The notes under the pieces: model-generated
Seen by the model: the letters and a program-made list of their open reading frames with translations, nothing else
Told to the model about the DNA's origin: nothing
Databases searched by the model: none
Shown: positions 45,373-55,101 of the stretch, in pieces
Layout: every line of letters begins with the position of its first letter
Position numbering within the stretch: the first letter of the stretch is position 1
Made by a program: the position numbers and the translations under genes
Source: Dehalococcoidia bacterium
Lineage (GTDB): Bacteria > Chloroflexota > Dehalococcoidia > Lucifugimonadales > JAGWBF01
Direction: 5' to 3'
Assembly (NCBI GenBank): GCA_963663025.1
Contig: OY760073.1
Span: forward strand, 613,567-677,566
Length of the DNA: 64,000 bases

Positions 45373-46467
45373 TTACGGGAACATTATGACGCCGCGCCCG
45401 ATGCCGATGTTGTCAAGGTCGTCGTATGCTTCGTTGATGTCGTCCAGGGAGTAGCGGCGGGTCACTATTTCGTCGATGTTGAGCTTACCCGACTGGTACA
45501 TATCGACGATTCTGGGCATATCGACGTGGCACCGAGCGGAGCCGTAGTAGGTGCCCTTGAGCGCCTTCTCGCTGCGCACCAGGGTCACAGCTTCGATGTT
45601 TGCCTGGTCGCCCAGAGGAGCGATGCCCACCACGGTGCAGGTCCCGCCTTTCCTGGCCATGGCATAGGCTGTCTCGACGGTCTCGCCGGAGCCGTACACC
45701 TCAAAGGTGAAGTCCGCGCCCTGGCCTCCGGTCAGCTCCTTCACCTTGGCGACGGGGTCTTCGTGCTTGGCATTTACGGAGTCGGTTGCCCCGAACTTGG
45801 TTGCGAACTCGAGAGCGCCTTCGTTGATGTCCACAGCGATGACCTTGGATGCGTTCATAAGGCGAGAGCCCTGGATGACGTTCAAGCCAACGCCCCCGCA
45901 TCCCACTACGGCGACGGTGCTACCCGGCGACACCTGGGCGTTCAATACGGCGGCGCCCACTCCAGTGGTAACGCTGCACCCGATAAGGCAGCACACCTCC
46001 ATGGGCACATCGTCGGACACGGGGATGCAGCCTGCCTCGGGAACGACCATCTGCTCGGCAAAGCATGCCACCTTGCCGAAGTGGGAGATGCGCTGTTCAC
46101 CCTTGTGTAGGCGCATGGTGCCGTCGAACAGGGTGCCCGCCGTGGCGGCGTGCAGGTCGCACAGGTTCGGTCTGCCGGTAGCGCAGTACTGGCAGCGGCC
46201 GCAGTTGGGAACGAAGGAGAGGATGATGCGGTCCCCCGGCTTCACAGAGGAAACCCCTTCCCCGACGGCCTCCACGGTGCCCGAGGCTTCATGGCCCAGC
46301 ACCGCCGGAAGGATGGTCCGCGCCTGCCCCTTCATGAAGTGCAGGTCGCTGCGGCAGATGCCGGCTGCGCCGGTCTTCACTTGGACCTCTCCCGCTTTGG
46401 GAGGATCGAGCTCCACCTCTTCTATAACCAGGGGTTCGTTGTATTCGTAGAGCACAGCAGCTTTCAT
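45373..46467 (-). CDS. zinc-dependent alcohol dehydrogenase (class III-like)
   Basis: MKAAVLYEY..., GHEASGTVEAVGEGV, structural-Zn Cys cluster CGRCQYC, and GCGGVGL Rossmann motif. GGGAGG lies 6 nt upstream of ATG 46467. Confidence 0.85.
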   Translation of the reverse strand: MKAAVLYEYNEPLVIEEVELDPPKAGEVQVKTGAAGICRSDLHFMKGQARTILPAVLGHEASGTVEAVGEGVSSVKPGDRIILSFVPNCGRCQYCATGRPNLCDLHAATAGTLFDGTMRLHKGEQRISHFGKVACFAEQMVVPEAGCIPVSDDVPMEVCCLIGCSVTTGVGAAVLNAQVSPGSTVAVVGCGGVGLNVIQGSRLMNASKVIAVDINEGALEFATKFGATDSVNAKHEDPVAKVKELTGGQGADFTFEVYGSGETVETAYAMARKGGTCTVVGIAPLGDQANIEAVTLVRSEKALKGTYYGSARCHVDMPRIVDMYQSGKLNIDEIVTRRYSLDDINEAYDDLDNIGIGRGVIMFP

Positions 46468-46550
46468 GGTTGTCCTCCCGTCGGTATCAAAAGTAATGAT
46501 GGCGTCGTCATGGGCCTGTGTCAATTCGGGCCGCGGGCGAGGAGTTTGTC

Positions 46551-47216
46551 CTAAGCGTTGAACTCGATTAGGTTGTCGGGGATGATCAAGGTTGCGCCCG
46601 TCTGCGCCTGGACATCTTCCGTGGTGTAGCCGGGGGCTATCTCCTTCAGCTCAAAGCCCTGGGGAGTAACCTCGAACAGTCCCAAGGTGGTCACAACCTT
46701 GGTTACCACGCCCACGGCCGTAACCGGCAGGTTGCATCTTTGCAGCAGTCGGGGTTCTCCTTCGCGTGTGGTGTGCTCCATCGCTATGAACACCTGCTTG
46801 GCCCCCACGGCCAAGTCCATCGCCCCGCCGATTCCTCCGCCTTTCCGGCCAGCCGTCTTGTAGTTGGCAAAGTCGCCATTCTCCGCCACCTCGTAGGCCC
46901 CCAGAACTGTGGCATCCAGATGGCCTCCCCGGATTATGGCGAAGGAGTCGGCATGGTGGACGATGGCCGCTCCTGTGGCGATGGTCACGTACTGGCTGCT
47001 TGCATTCACAAGGTGCAGGTCCTCTTCGCCCTCGACCGCAAGGGGGCCGTACCCGATGACCCCGTTCTCCGAGTGGAAAATTATCTGCTTGTCGCCAAAG
47101 TCGTAGTTTGAGCACAGGGTGGGCATGCCGATGCCCAGGTTGATGACCCACCCGTCCTGGAACTCCCTGGCCAGCCTGTTGCACATTACTTGACGGTCGA
47201 GAGGGGTCTTTTCCAT
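46551..47216 (-). CDS. 3-oxoacid CoA-transferase subunit B
   Basis: NLGIGMPT and SENG motifs (FHSENGVIG). Start chosen at MEKTPLDRQ. The track ORF extends to 47279. Confidence 0.85.
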   Translation of the reverse strand: MEKTPLDRQVMCNRLAREFQDGWVINLGIGMPTLCSNYDFGDKQIIFHSENGVIGYGPLAVEGEEDLHLVNASSQYVTIATGAAIVHHADSFAIIRGGHLDATVLGAYEVAENGDFANYKTAGRKGGGIGGAMDLAVGAKQVFIAMEHTTREGEPRLLQRCNLPVTAVGVVTKVVTTLGLFEVTPQGFELKEIAPGYTTEDVQAQTGATLIIPDNLIEFNA

Positions 47217-47247
47217 GTTGAGGCTCCTGGGTGAAGTAAAGGTCCGG

Positions 47248-47967
47248 CTAGGTGCGAATGGGTGTATCCCAGATACCATCTGGGGCAGGCGGAATCCTCA
47301 CCATGCGGTCCACGAAGATGCAAGGTGTGTGCACCTGGTCTGGATCTATCTGCCCAGGTTCCAGGATATCTTCCTCCACCTCGACGATGGTGGTGGTTGC
47401 GGCTTGTGCCATCAAAGGATTGAAGTTTCTCTGGGAAAGGCGGTATTGGAGATTGCCCATCTTGTCCGCCCGGCGTGCCCTGATCAGGGCGTAGTCGGCC
47501 TTCAGGGGGTACTCCAGGATATGCATCCGGCCATCGATTTCGCGGTGCTCCTTGCCCTCGGCCACCTCGGTGCCTACGCCGGTGGGGGTGTAGAAGGCCC
47601 CGATGCCTGCTCCTCCGGCCCGAATGCGCTCGGCCAGCGTACCCTGTGGGACGAGCTCAGCCTCGATCTTGCCTTCTTCGTACAGGGCCTCGAAGGCCAG
47701 CTTGCGTGAAGGGTGGGGGGCGGCTGTGAAGGCGCACACCCACTTGACCACTCTCTCTGTCTCGATGAGCCGACCCACATCCATTAGGTTGCCCAGCGCC
47801 CCATGGTTGTTGCATATGCCTATGAGGTCCTTGGCGCCCTGCCGTATGAGGGCAGCGATCAGGTTGCGGGGAATGCCCGGCGGTCCGAAGCCGGGGAACA
47901 TTATAGTTGCACCATCAGGAATGTCGGCAACCGCTTCGTCGAAGGACGAGTACACCTTGTTCTTCAT
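47248..47967 (-). CDS. 3-oxoacid CoA-transferase subunit A
   Basis: MKNKVYSSFDEAVADIPDGATIMFPGFG... is the canonical subunit A N-terminus. Confidence 0.85.
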   Translation of the reverse strand: MKNKVYSSFDEAVADIPDGATIMFPGFGPPGIPRNLIAALIRQGAKDLIGICNNHGALGNLMDVGRLIETERVVKWVCAFTAAPHPSRKLAFEALYEEGKIEAELVPQGTLAERIRAGGAGIGAFYTPTGVGTEVAEGKEHREIDGRMHILEYPLKADYALIRARRADKMGNLQYRLSQRNFNPLMAQAATTTIVEVEEDILEPGQIDPDQVHTPCIFVDRMVRIPPAPDGIWDTPIRT

Positions 47968-48104
47968 TGGCCCCCAATCCTGACGCTGGGTTGTAGCACC
48001 TTACATACTACCGCACCTTAACAGGCTGCGCTAGGGTTAGGCACTTGGGTGGTCCTGAAGGGGCAGCGACCCGGGCTACCGCACCTCGGGAGGCTGCGAT
48101 AGGG

Positions 48105-48719
48105 TCAAGAATCTAGGTGGTCTTTGAAGAAGCCCTGAACCAGGTCCTTTAGCTGTGCCCAATGGTCGTCAACCTTGGCCAGCTCTCCGATATCAAGCCG
48201 GTTGTAGGTCGTGCCGAACCTGGGAATGTGCCAGAGTGGGAATACCCAGAAGCCAGATTCGGGCACATCCGAAGGAAGCTCGTCCAGCAGCACACCCTCA
48301 GCGCCTGTGACCTCCCACGATGCCACGCATCGCCCATCTCTCGCCAGGGCCAGGGCTTCCACCCAGGTCGCCCGGCGCTCCTCCCCTTTGAACGGATCCA
48401 TCACATAGAGCAGTGCCCGGGCCCTCTCCCGATTGGTTACACCCTCGCCGGCAAACCTACCGGTGGTCAAGCTGCTCCATGAACTGCCCAGGGCGGCAAT
48501 GTGGAGTCCACCGTCGGTTGCGATGGCGGGGAGGGACGCGATGCGAGACCATTCCAAGGCCTTGTTGCGGGCGATGGCCTCGTGGGATTCGCCGCGCTCC
48601 GGGGGGCCAATGTCCGGGGGGACTGACAGCTGGGAAGGCTCCACAGCCTCGATGGGTAGACCCTCCAAGAGCCAACGAAGGCGGTCCAGCTTGTCAGGGT
48701 TGGTTGTAGCCAGGAGCAT
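48105..48719 (-). CDS. Ham1/ITPase-like non-canonical purine NTP pyrophosphatase family protein (tentative)
   Basis: The N-terminus LLATTNPDKLDRL resembles the Ham1 family start (xATxNxxK). The rest of the protein is divergent from that family. Confidence 0.45.
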   Translation of the reverse strand: MLLATTNPDKLDRLRWLLEGLPIEAVEPSQLSVPPDIGPPERGESHEAIARNKALEWSRIASLPAIATDGGLHIAALGSSWSSLTTGRFAGEGVTNRERARALLYVMDPFKGEERRATWVEALALARDGRCVASWEVTGAEGVLLDELPSDVPESGFWVFPLWHIPRFGTTYNRLDIGELAKVDDHWAQLKDLVQGFFKDHLDS

Positions 48720-48775
48720 GGGAGAGAAGCCCATGAACGTCCACCTATGCGCAGGTGAGCAAGGGGAGCTGCCCG

Positions 48776-49939
48776 TCAGTCTCCCTGTGTATCGATCATG
48801 GTCCGCAGCCTGACCGCCGAACGCGTGACGCCGTTGCCTGCGGAGGAGTCGGTTACCGGGGCTGAGGCCTTCGAGGACCTCCTGATGTAGGCGCTCACAT
48901 TGTTCAGGTGGCCCAGCACCTCTCCCCAGGACGATATGAGGCTCGTCTCGTGGTAGGGAACGTTTTTCTCCCGGCAGAAGCGACGGACGATGGGGCGCAC
49001 GGAGGCCAGCTTGTTGCGGGGGATGGTGGGGAACAGGTGGTGCTCAATCTGGTAGTTCAGACCCCCGTACAGGAAATCGACAAAGAAATTGCCCCGGATG
49101 TTGCGTGAGGTGAGAACCTGCCTGCGCAGGAAGTCCAACTGGGTCGAGCGGTCAACCAGGAGCATTCCCTTGTGATTGGGTGCGAAAACAGACCCCATGT
49201 AGACGCCGATCAAGGCCTGATGGGTCAGGACGAAGACCATGGCGCTCATGGGGTTCATAAACTGGAATACCAACCAGAAGTAGATGGCGAAGTGCCCCAC
49301 GATGGCCAGGGCTTCAGCCCAGCGGTACTTCACGTTCTTGCCACGGAGGATGAACTGGGCGCTGTCTGCTCGAATGCTCAGGGCCTCGACCAGGAGGAAC
49401 GGGAAGAAGAGGAAGGCCTGGTACTTCACTATGAGCCGCGCCACGCCTTTTTTCGAAACCGCCTGTTCCCTGTTGAAGGCGATGATGGGGAGGTTTATGT
49501 CCAGGTCCAAGTCTACATCGTTTGGGTTCACATGGTGGTTGTTGTGCTTGTCCAGCCACCAACTGGGGCTTAGCCCCATGAGGAATCCCACGCCCAGCAT
49601 GGCGAGGTAGTTGCGGTGCGGCGAACGGAAAATCTGGAGATGGCCGGCATCATGGGCGTAGAAGCCCAGCTGGGCGAAAACCACTGCCATGAAGGCCCCG
49701 TTCAGCACCTGCACCCACAGAAGGTGCAGGGTGGCTGCAACGTAGATGGACAGACCCATCATGGCCAGGAGAGTACCGGCCACACCCATGTAATAGGGGA
49801 CCTGCTTGTCGAGAAGGCCCGCCCGCTTCACCTGGGCCTTTAGCTCTGCGTAATCCGAGGAGGCTCTGCCCGAAGAAGATCCAATAGATGGAGGCAGCAG
49901 TTCAAAAACCGGTCTGATTTCTGTAGTGACTGAATTCAC
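48776..49939 (-). CDS. membrane fatty-acid desaturase
   Basis: Three His boxes HDAGH, HNNHH and QIEHHLFP, with hydrophobic segments. Confidence 0.85.
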   Translation of the reverse strand: MNSVTTEIRPVFELLPPSIGSSSGRASSDYAELKAQVKRAGLLDKQVPYYMGVAGTLLAMMGLSIYVAATLHLLWVQVLNGAFMAVVFAQLGFYAHDAGHLQIFRSPHRNYLAMLGVGFLMGLSPSWWLDKHNNHHVNPNDVDLDLDINLPIIAFNREQAVSKKGVARLIVKYQAFLFFPFLLVEALSIRADSAQFILRGKNVKYRWAEALAIVGHFAIYFWLVFQFMNPMSAMVFVLTHQALIGVYMGSVFAPNHKGMLLVDRSTQLDFLRRQVLTSRNIRGNFFVDFLYGGLNYQIEHHLFPTIPRNKLASVRPIVRRFCREKNVPYHETSLISSWGEVLGHLNNVSAYIRRSSKASAPVTDSSAGNGVTRSAVRLRTMIDTQGD

Positions 49940-50439
49940 ATACGGGAGTATATCGGTGTCTCAGAGGCAGGGTCAACTGGTGCGACCTCAATTCTGCATC
50001 GAAAGGATGTTGATCCCAGCCGGTCGGAATAGGCGAAATGCCAGCAAGAGCCATCTTTAATCCTTCGCCCGATTGTGCTAGCATAGGTGTTACAGCATCA
50101 AGTGTTATCAGGATGTACCAACATTCCCTCCCTTAGACCAAAGCTTCGCCACCGCGCCTCTTCTGTTGCGTTTAGATCTCTTCCAATACTTCGGAGGTTA
50201 TCCCTATCCTAAAGACTGTCATTCGCAAGTTACCCCTGCCCTTTGGCAAGAAGGAAACACTCCTCACCGCGCCTGAGATCCCCCAAGCTACCGTAGATGT
50301 CCCGGCGGTTTCTGAGAACGGCAAGCAGTCCCATCCCCCTGCAGCCCAGCCGAAACGTCCCAAGAAGCGCTCCTCGTCCTCCAAGCGACGCCCACTCCGG
50401 GAGGCAGTATCTCTGGAAACGGAGCCTCAGGACCACGAA

Positions 50440-51567
50440 GTGCACCAGTTTGGTCCCCTGCCAGTCGGGACCCCCGTTCACAGGGCATTAACGGCGTTAG
50501 GGTACGAGAATCCGACCCCGATCCAGGAGCAAGTCGTGCCCCTGGTGCGCTCCGGACAGGATGTGGTAGGGCAAGCCCAGACCGGCACTGGAAAGACAGC
50601 CGCCTTCGGCATTCCCCTCGTGGAGAAGATCGACGTAAAGGGCAGCGCCAAGGTGCAGGCGTTGGTATTGGTGCCCACCAGGGAGCTGGCCGTCCAGGTA
50701 ACGGGTGAGCTGACCAAGCTGGGGAAGTATGTTGGCATTCGAGCCGTTTCCGTATATGGCGGACGGCCAATGAAACCCCAGATAGAAGCCTTGGGCCGGG
50801 CTACTCACGTCGTGGTTGCCACACCCGGACGGCTCATGGACCACATGGAGCGGGGCACCGTCGACATCGGCCAAGTCAGGACTGTGGTGCTGGATGAGGC
50901 CGACCAGATGCTGGACATTGGGTTTGCCGATGCCATCGCCTACATCCTCCGCAGCACCCCCCGTTCCCGTCAGACCCTCCTGTTCTCTGCCACCATTCCC
51001 GGGCCTATCCGCAACTTGGCGAGGCGGTACCTGCGGGACCCCTTCTGGGTCCGCGTGGGTGGCGACGGTGAACCCGTCGAGCAGGTGCAGCAGGTGTATT
51101 ACGAGGTGGCTGACCTGGAGCGCCCCAAGGCCCTGGAACAGCTTCTGTCTCAGGGCCCCGTAATCACCCAGGCGCTTGTGTTCCGCAGGACGAAGATCGG
51201 GGTGGACTGGCTCGTATCCAAGCTCAAACAGCGTGGCTTCGATATCGAAGCCATTCATGGCGACATGCCACAGTCCCACCGGCAGGCGGTTATGGAGCGG
51301 TTCCGGGCGGGAAGCCTGCGAGTCCTGGTGGCGACCAACGTCGCAGCCCGGGGACTGGACATCCCCGAGGTTTCCCACGTCATTAACTACGATATCCCCG
51401 ACAACCTGGAAGAGTACGTCCATCGCATAGGCCGCACTGCCCGTATGGGAAGAGACGGGGTGGCCATCACCTTTGTGTCTGAGTGGGACTTCCCCATGCT
51501 GGACGCCATCCAGGCCCATGTCGGCGACGACCTGAAGCTGGAGCAGCTAGCCCCCCTGAAGCGCTAG
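50440..51567 (+). CDS. DEAD-box ATP-dependent RNA helicase
   Basis: Q motif/PTPIQ, AQTGTGKT, DEAD (VLDEADQM), SAT and HRIGRTAR. A GTG start is listed. About 260 nt upstream are in frame and stop-free. Confidence 0.9.
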   Translation: MHQFGPLPVGTPVHRALTALGYENPTPIQEQVVPLVRSGQDVVGQAQTGTGKTAAFGIPLVEKIDVKGSAKVQALVLVPTRELAVQVTGELTKLGKYVGIRAVSVYGGRPMKPQIEALGRATHVVVATPGRLMDHMERGTVDIGQVRTVVLDEADQMLDIGFADAIAYILRSTPRSRQTLLFSATIPGPIRNLARRYLRDPFWVRVGGDGEPVEQVQQVYYEVADLERPKALEQLLSQGPVITQALVFRRTKIGVDWLVSKLKQRGFDIEAIHGDMPQSHRQAVMERFRAGSLRVLVATNVAARGLDIPEVSHVINYDIPDNLEEYVHRIGRTARMGRDGVAITFVSEWDFPMLDAIQAHVGDDLKLEQLAPLKR

Positions 51568-51630
51568 CACGGGGTTCCGCACCGCTGACCTAAGCGGTTA
51601 TTGGGCGTGCGATGCCCGCGATTCCCCGGC

Positions 51631-52959
51631 CTACTCCAGGCCCAGGGAGTTATGCCAGGCATCTTCCAGGCTGTCCAGGTCGAGACCGTACACCTGCTCT
51701 ACCGCCGTCTCGTAGGCAGACCCCTGGGAGAACACACCCAGAAGTTCTTGCATCTTCGGCCAGCCGTAGGCGTCGATCATGTAGTTCACGAGACTGTAGC
51801 TGAGGGCGTAGGACAGGGTGGCGCCCGTGTCTGAAGCGGGAAAGCTGCTGTTGAGGCTCCGCAGGCTTATGAGCTCCTGGTTGTCTATGGCATCCTGGAG
51901 GGCAACGCGCTGGAAGTCAGGGAGCCCACCCTCGGCATAGACGGCTAACCCCTCGTCCAGCCACCTGGGCAGGTCGCCGAAACAGTTGAAGGTCACCTCG
52001 CCAACCAGCAGATGGGCCAGCTCATGTGCAACGATCCGTAGGTCATCTTCGAACGCTTCGGGGTCCACCGTGTTCAAGAGGATGTTCTGGGACGGGAAGG
52101 CGAGTCCCCCTGCCCATGTCTGGGCGAAAAGGATCGCACCTCGTACATCCGCCGACGTTTCGTAGATGAACGCCTGCACCGGGGCTTCCAGCTCCCTGCC
52201 AAGCTGAAGCACATCCAGCCGGTCCTCGACCGCCCTTGCCAGGCGCTGGCCGAAGTCGGGGCCCCCTGCATACCAGTGGAAGGTGATGTTATCCGAGGTG
52301 TGGCTCTGCCAGGAGAATCGGTCGTCGCCGTAAACTACAGACTCCATGGGAGTGCGAAGCTCCTGGCCCTGCTCATCAACCACCCTCCAGCGCCACCACA
52401 CCTCGGACCCAGGTGGGATTGAACCGGTACGGCGCATATCCCAAGTCCACGCAGCAGAGACCTCGCGCTCCCCTTCGAAGTCGGTGCGGGCGCTGGTGTA
52501 CGACGTGGAGGCACAGGAGAAGACCGACTCCGTTCCGAATTCCAGGTCGATAACCTCTATTGGCTGTTGCCCTAACCCTTCCATGCTGAAAGTGATGGAG
52601 TTGGGCGGGTCCAGGGATGCCTCACTAAGTGCCAGATCGAACCACTCCGGTACGGTGGTGGGCCGTTGGGTAGGTACAGGGATGGGAACTGGGGGCGCTT
52701 CCGGCGCCGGAGTGGCCGACGGCATAAGGGAAGGCGGTGTCGCCATGGCTGCTGCCGGGGTGGGGGAAGGGGGCGTTACGACGGTGGGCTTCGGCCCGGA
52801 GGTCGGCGCCACGGCTGGCGTGGGCTCAGGAGTTTTCGTTGGCTCGGACGTGGCCGTAGGTGACGGGTCAGGAGTAGGAGTGGGGGCTGCGGCACCGCAG
52901 GCCGCCATCACTAACATGGCTGTGGCCGCCAGCAACGTCAGGGCGATGACTCGGATCAT
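51631..52959 (-). CDS. secreted/lipoprotein zinc metallopeptidase (HExxH, MA-clan-like)
   Basis: Start at MIRVIALTLLAATAMLVMAACG (lipobox), overlapping the SBP stop as ATGA. Pro/Thr-rich linker. HELAHLL zinc motif. Confidence 0.6.
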   Translation of the reverse strand: MIRVIALTLLAATAMLVMAACGAAAPTPTPDPSPTATSEPTKTPEPTPAVAPTSGPKPTVVTPPSPTPAAAMATPPSLMPSATPAPEAPPVPIPVPTQRPTTVPEWFDLALSEASLDPPNSITFSMEGLGQQPIEVIDLEFGTESVFSCASTSYTSARTDFEGEREVSAAWTWDMRRTGSIPPGSEVWWRWRVVDEQGQELRTPMESVVYGDDRFSWQSHTSDNITFHWYAGGPDFGQRLARAVEDRLDVLQLGRELEAPVQAFIYETSADVRGAILFAQTWAGGLAFPSQNILLNTVDPEAFEDDLRIVAHELAHLLVGEVTFNCFGDLPRWLDEGLAVYAEGGLPDFQRVALQDAIDNQELISLRSLNSSFPASDTGATLSYALSYSLVNYMIDAYGWPKMQELLGVFSQGSAYETAVEQVYGLDLDSLEDAWHNSLGLE

Positions 52960-54992
52960 GGCCCGTGCTCGATGGACAGGTTTTGGAGCTGCTGAACGTC
53001 GATGGGCGTAACCTCGTACCCCTCCACGTAGGTTTGGACGAGGGAGTATTCGCGGTTGTGCCACAGGGGAACCACCACCCAATCATCCAAAATCATCCGT
53101 TCAGCCTGCTGGTAGAGCTTGGTGCGGCGGGACGTATCCCGCTCGACGGCGGCATCCCCCAGAAGAGCGTCGAGGTCTGGATTGCTGTAAGCGAAGTTGT
53201 TCGATTCGCTTTCACTCTGGAACAGCACATCCAGGAAGTTCTGCGGGTCGGGGTAGTCGGCGCACCAGCCCGCTATAAAGACGCCCAACTCCAGGGCGTC
53301 CATCCGATTCAACCGGTCGGAGAAGTCAAAAATGCCAATCGATTCAACTTCCAGTCCCAGGTGCTCACGCCATGCCCAGTGAATAGCCCCGCTGGAGGCG
53401 TAGGACCTGATGATCGGCAGATTGTCTGCCCCGCCGTAGCTGGACTCGTCGAGGAGCTGCCGGGCCGCCTCAGCATCGAAGGCGAAAGGATTCAGGCCTT
53501 CGTTGTGGGCCGGTATCCCAGGGGGCAGTATGCCCGCCGCCCTCTCGACCAGCCCTCTTCTTGAAACCTCCACAATCTTGTCCATCTCCAGAGCGAGGCC
53601 CAGGGCTTGGCGCACTTTCGGGTCATCAAAGGGGGGCTGATTGACGTTGAATCCCAGGTAGCTGGTGCAAAACTCGGTCCCTTCCCTAAGCTGGTCGTGG
53701 ATGGTGCTGGATGGGTCGCGAGCGCGGTCTATCTGGTACGAACCCAGGCTGACAAGGTCGATCTCCCCGTTCTCGTACATCTGGAAGGGGCTTCCGCCGA
53801 AGATCAGGTAGACCGAGTGGGCGAGGGCGGGAGTCCCCCCGTACCAGTCCTCGTTCCGCTCCAGGATGAGAAGCTCGTCCTTGGTCCAGACCTTCATCCT
53901 GAAAGGGCCGGTGCCGTTGGGCGTGTCGGTCCAGTTCTCTCCCGATTCCACGTTGGATTTGTCCAGCACGTAGGCGGTCGGGTACACCAGCTTGGATAGA
54001 AAGTAGGGGTAGGGAGCTTCGATGGTAACCCGGATAGTTTTGTCGTCCATGACCTCCACGCCGGAGAGCTCCCCCGTCACACCTTCGGCCACATCTTTGG
54101 CGCCGACGATATCCCCCAGGTAGGTGAGGGCGACGGGGGAATGGAGGGCCGGGTCTAGGGCCCGCTCCCATGCGTACTTGAAGTCGCCCGCCGTTACCTC
54201 GGCGCCGTCGTGGAATCTGACATCGCTTTTGAGGGCGAAGGTGTAGACCGTCCCATCGTCGGAGATGGTCCAGCTCTCGGCAATGTCCGCCACAAGGTCC
54301 AGGTTGGTGTCCAACTTGACCAAGCCGCTGAAGATTGCCCCGACGATGTCCGAGGGGCCGAAGCGGGAGAGGGCCGGGTCGAGGCTCACGATCTCTCCCC
54401 AGTACTGGAACAGGGAATCATCCCTGGATGCGCCAAAGGGAGCGGGGGTTTCCAAGACGAAGCTGTCCACGAGGGCGTCGGCTTGAGGGGCGATGGCATC
54501 CCAGGCATCTTGCGGGGCCTGCACCCGGAGCAGGAATATCTGGGACCCCCGTATGATCACTTGCCAGAGTTCTCGAACGAGGGATCCTCCCTCTCCCTCA
54601 TATCCAAATGTGGTTTGGTGGGCGGAAGAGGAGTCTGGGACCGATGCCGGGTCGCTGCTCATGACAGTTACATCGCCGAATCCTTCAATCTGTGAGTTGC
54701 CCCACTCTTCGGCTGAGGTGTCGTCGAGGCTACGAAATACCCACACCTGCCCGGCGAGGCCGATGTTCAAAGATGGGGCGCTGATTCGAAGAAGCGGGCG
54801 GCTGTTGTCTTGCTCTTCGCCCACCCATCCCTCGGGCAGGGTAAGAGTGAACCCTTCGGTGGTGTTGCGGTAGAGGCCAGTTACAGCCCCATCTTGGGGA
54901 GTCACCAGCCCTGGCGCCAGGGATAGGGTTGCCAGGCCGACCAGCAGCAGGGCGATGAGGGTAAATAGCTTAGGCACGGGGGCATTATACAT
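52956..54992 (-). CDS. ABC transporter substrate-binding protein, family 5 (peptide/nickel, OppA/DppA-like)
   Basis: 678 aa with an N-terminal signal anchor. Conserved family-5 text (FHDGAEVTAGDFKYAWERALDP...) follows an unusually long N-terminal extra domain. Confidence 0.8.
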   Translation of the reverse strand: MYNAPVPKLFTLIALLLVGLATLSLAPGLVTPQDGAVTGLYRNTTEGFTLTLPEGWVGEEQDNSRPLLRISAPSLNIGLAGQVWVFRSLDDTSAEEWGNSQIEGFGDVTVMSSDPASVPDSSSAHQTTFGYEGEGGSLVRELWQVIIRGSQIFLLRVQAPQDAWDAIAPQADALVDSFVLETPAPFGASRDDSLFQYWGEIVSLDPALSRFGPSDIVGAIFSGLVKLDTNLDLVADIAESWTISDDGTVYTFALKSDVRFHDGAEVTAGDFKYAWERALDPALHSPVALTYLGDIVGAKDVAEGVTGELSGVEVMDDKTIRVTIEAPYPYFLSKLVYPTAYVLDKSNVESGENWTDTPNGTGPFRMKVWTKDELLILERNEDWYGGTPALAHSVYLIFGGSPFQMYENGEIDLVSLGSYQIDRARDPSSTIHDQLREGTEFCTSYLGFNVNQPPFDDPKVRQALGLALEMDKIVEVSRRGLVERAAGILPPGIPAHNEGLNPFAFDAEAARQLLDESSYGGADNLPIIRSYASSGAIHWAWREHLGLEVESIGIFDFSDRLNRMDALELGVFIAGWCADYPDPQNFLDVLFQSESESNNFAYSNPDLDALLGDAAVERDTSRRTKLYQQAERMILDDWVVVPLWHNREYSLVQTYVEGYEVTPIDVQQLQNLSIEHGP

Positions 54993-55101
54993 GGAGACCC
55001 AGCAGCGGGAAGCCTCTGTAACGGAGATTCTTCAAAACCAACTTGCTTGCTACAAGGGCATTGATTGCAGCAGTCAGAGTGCAGGTTGCTCGACCCGGTC
55101 C

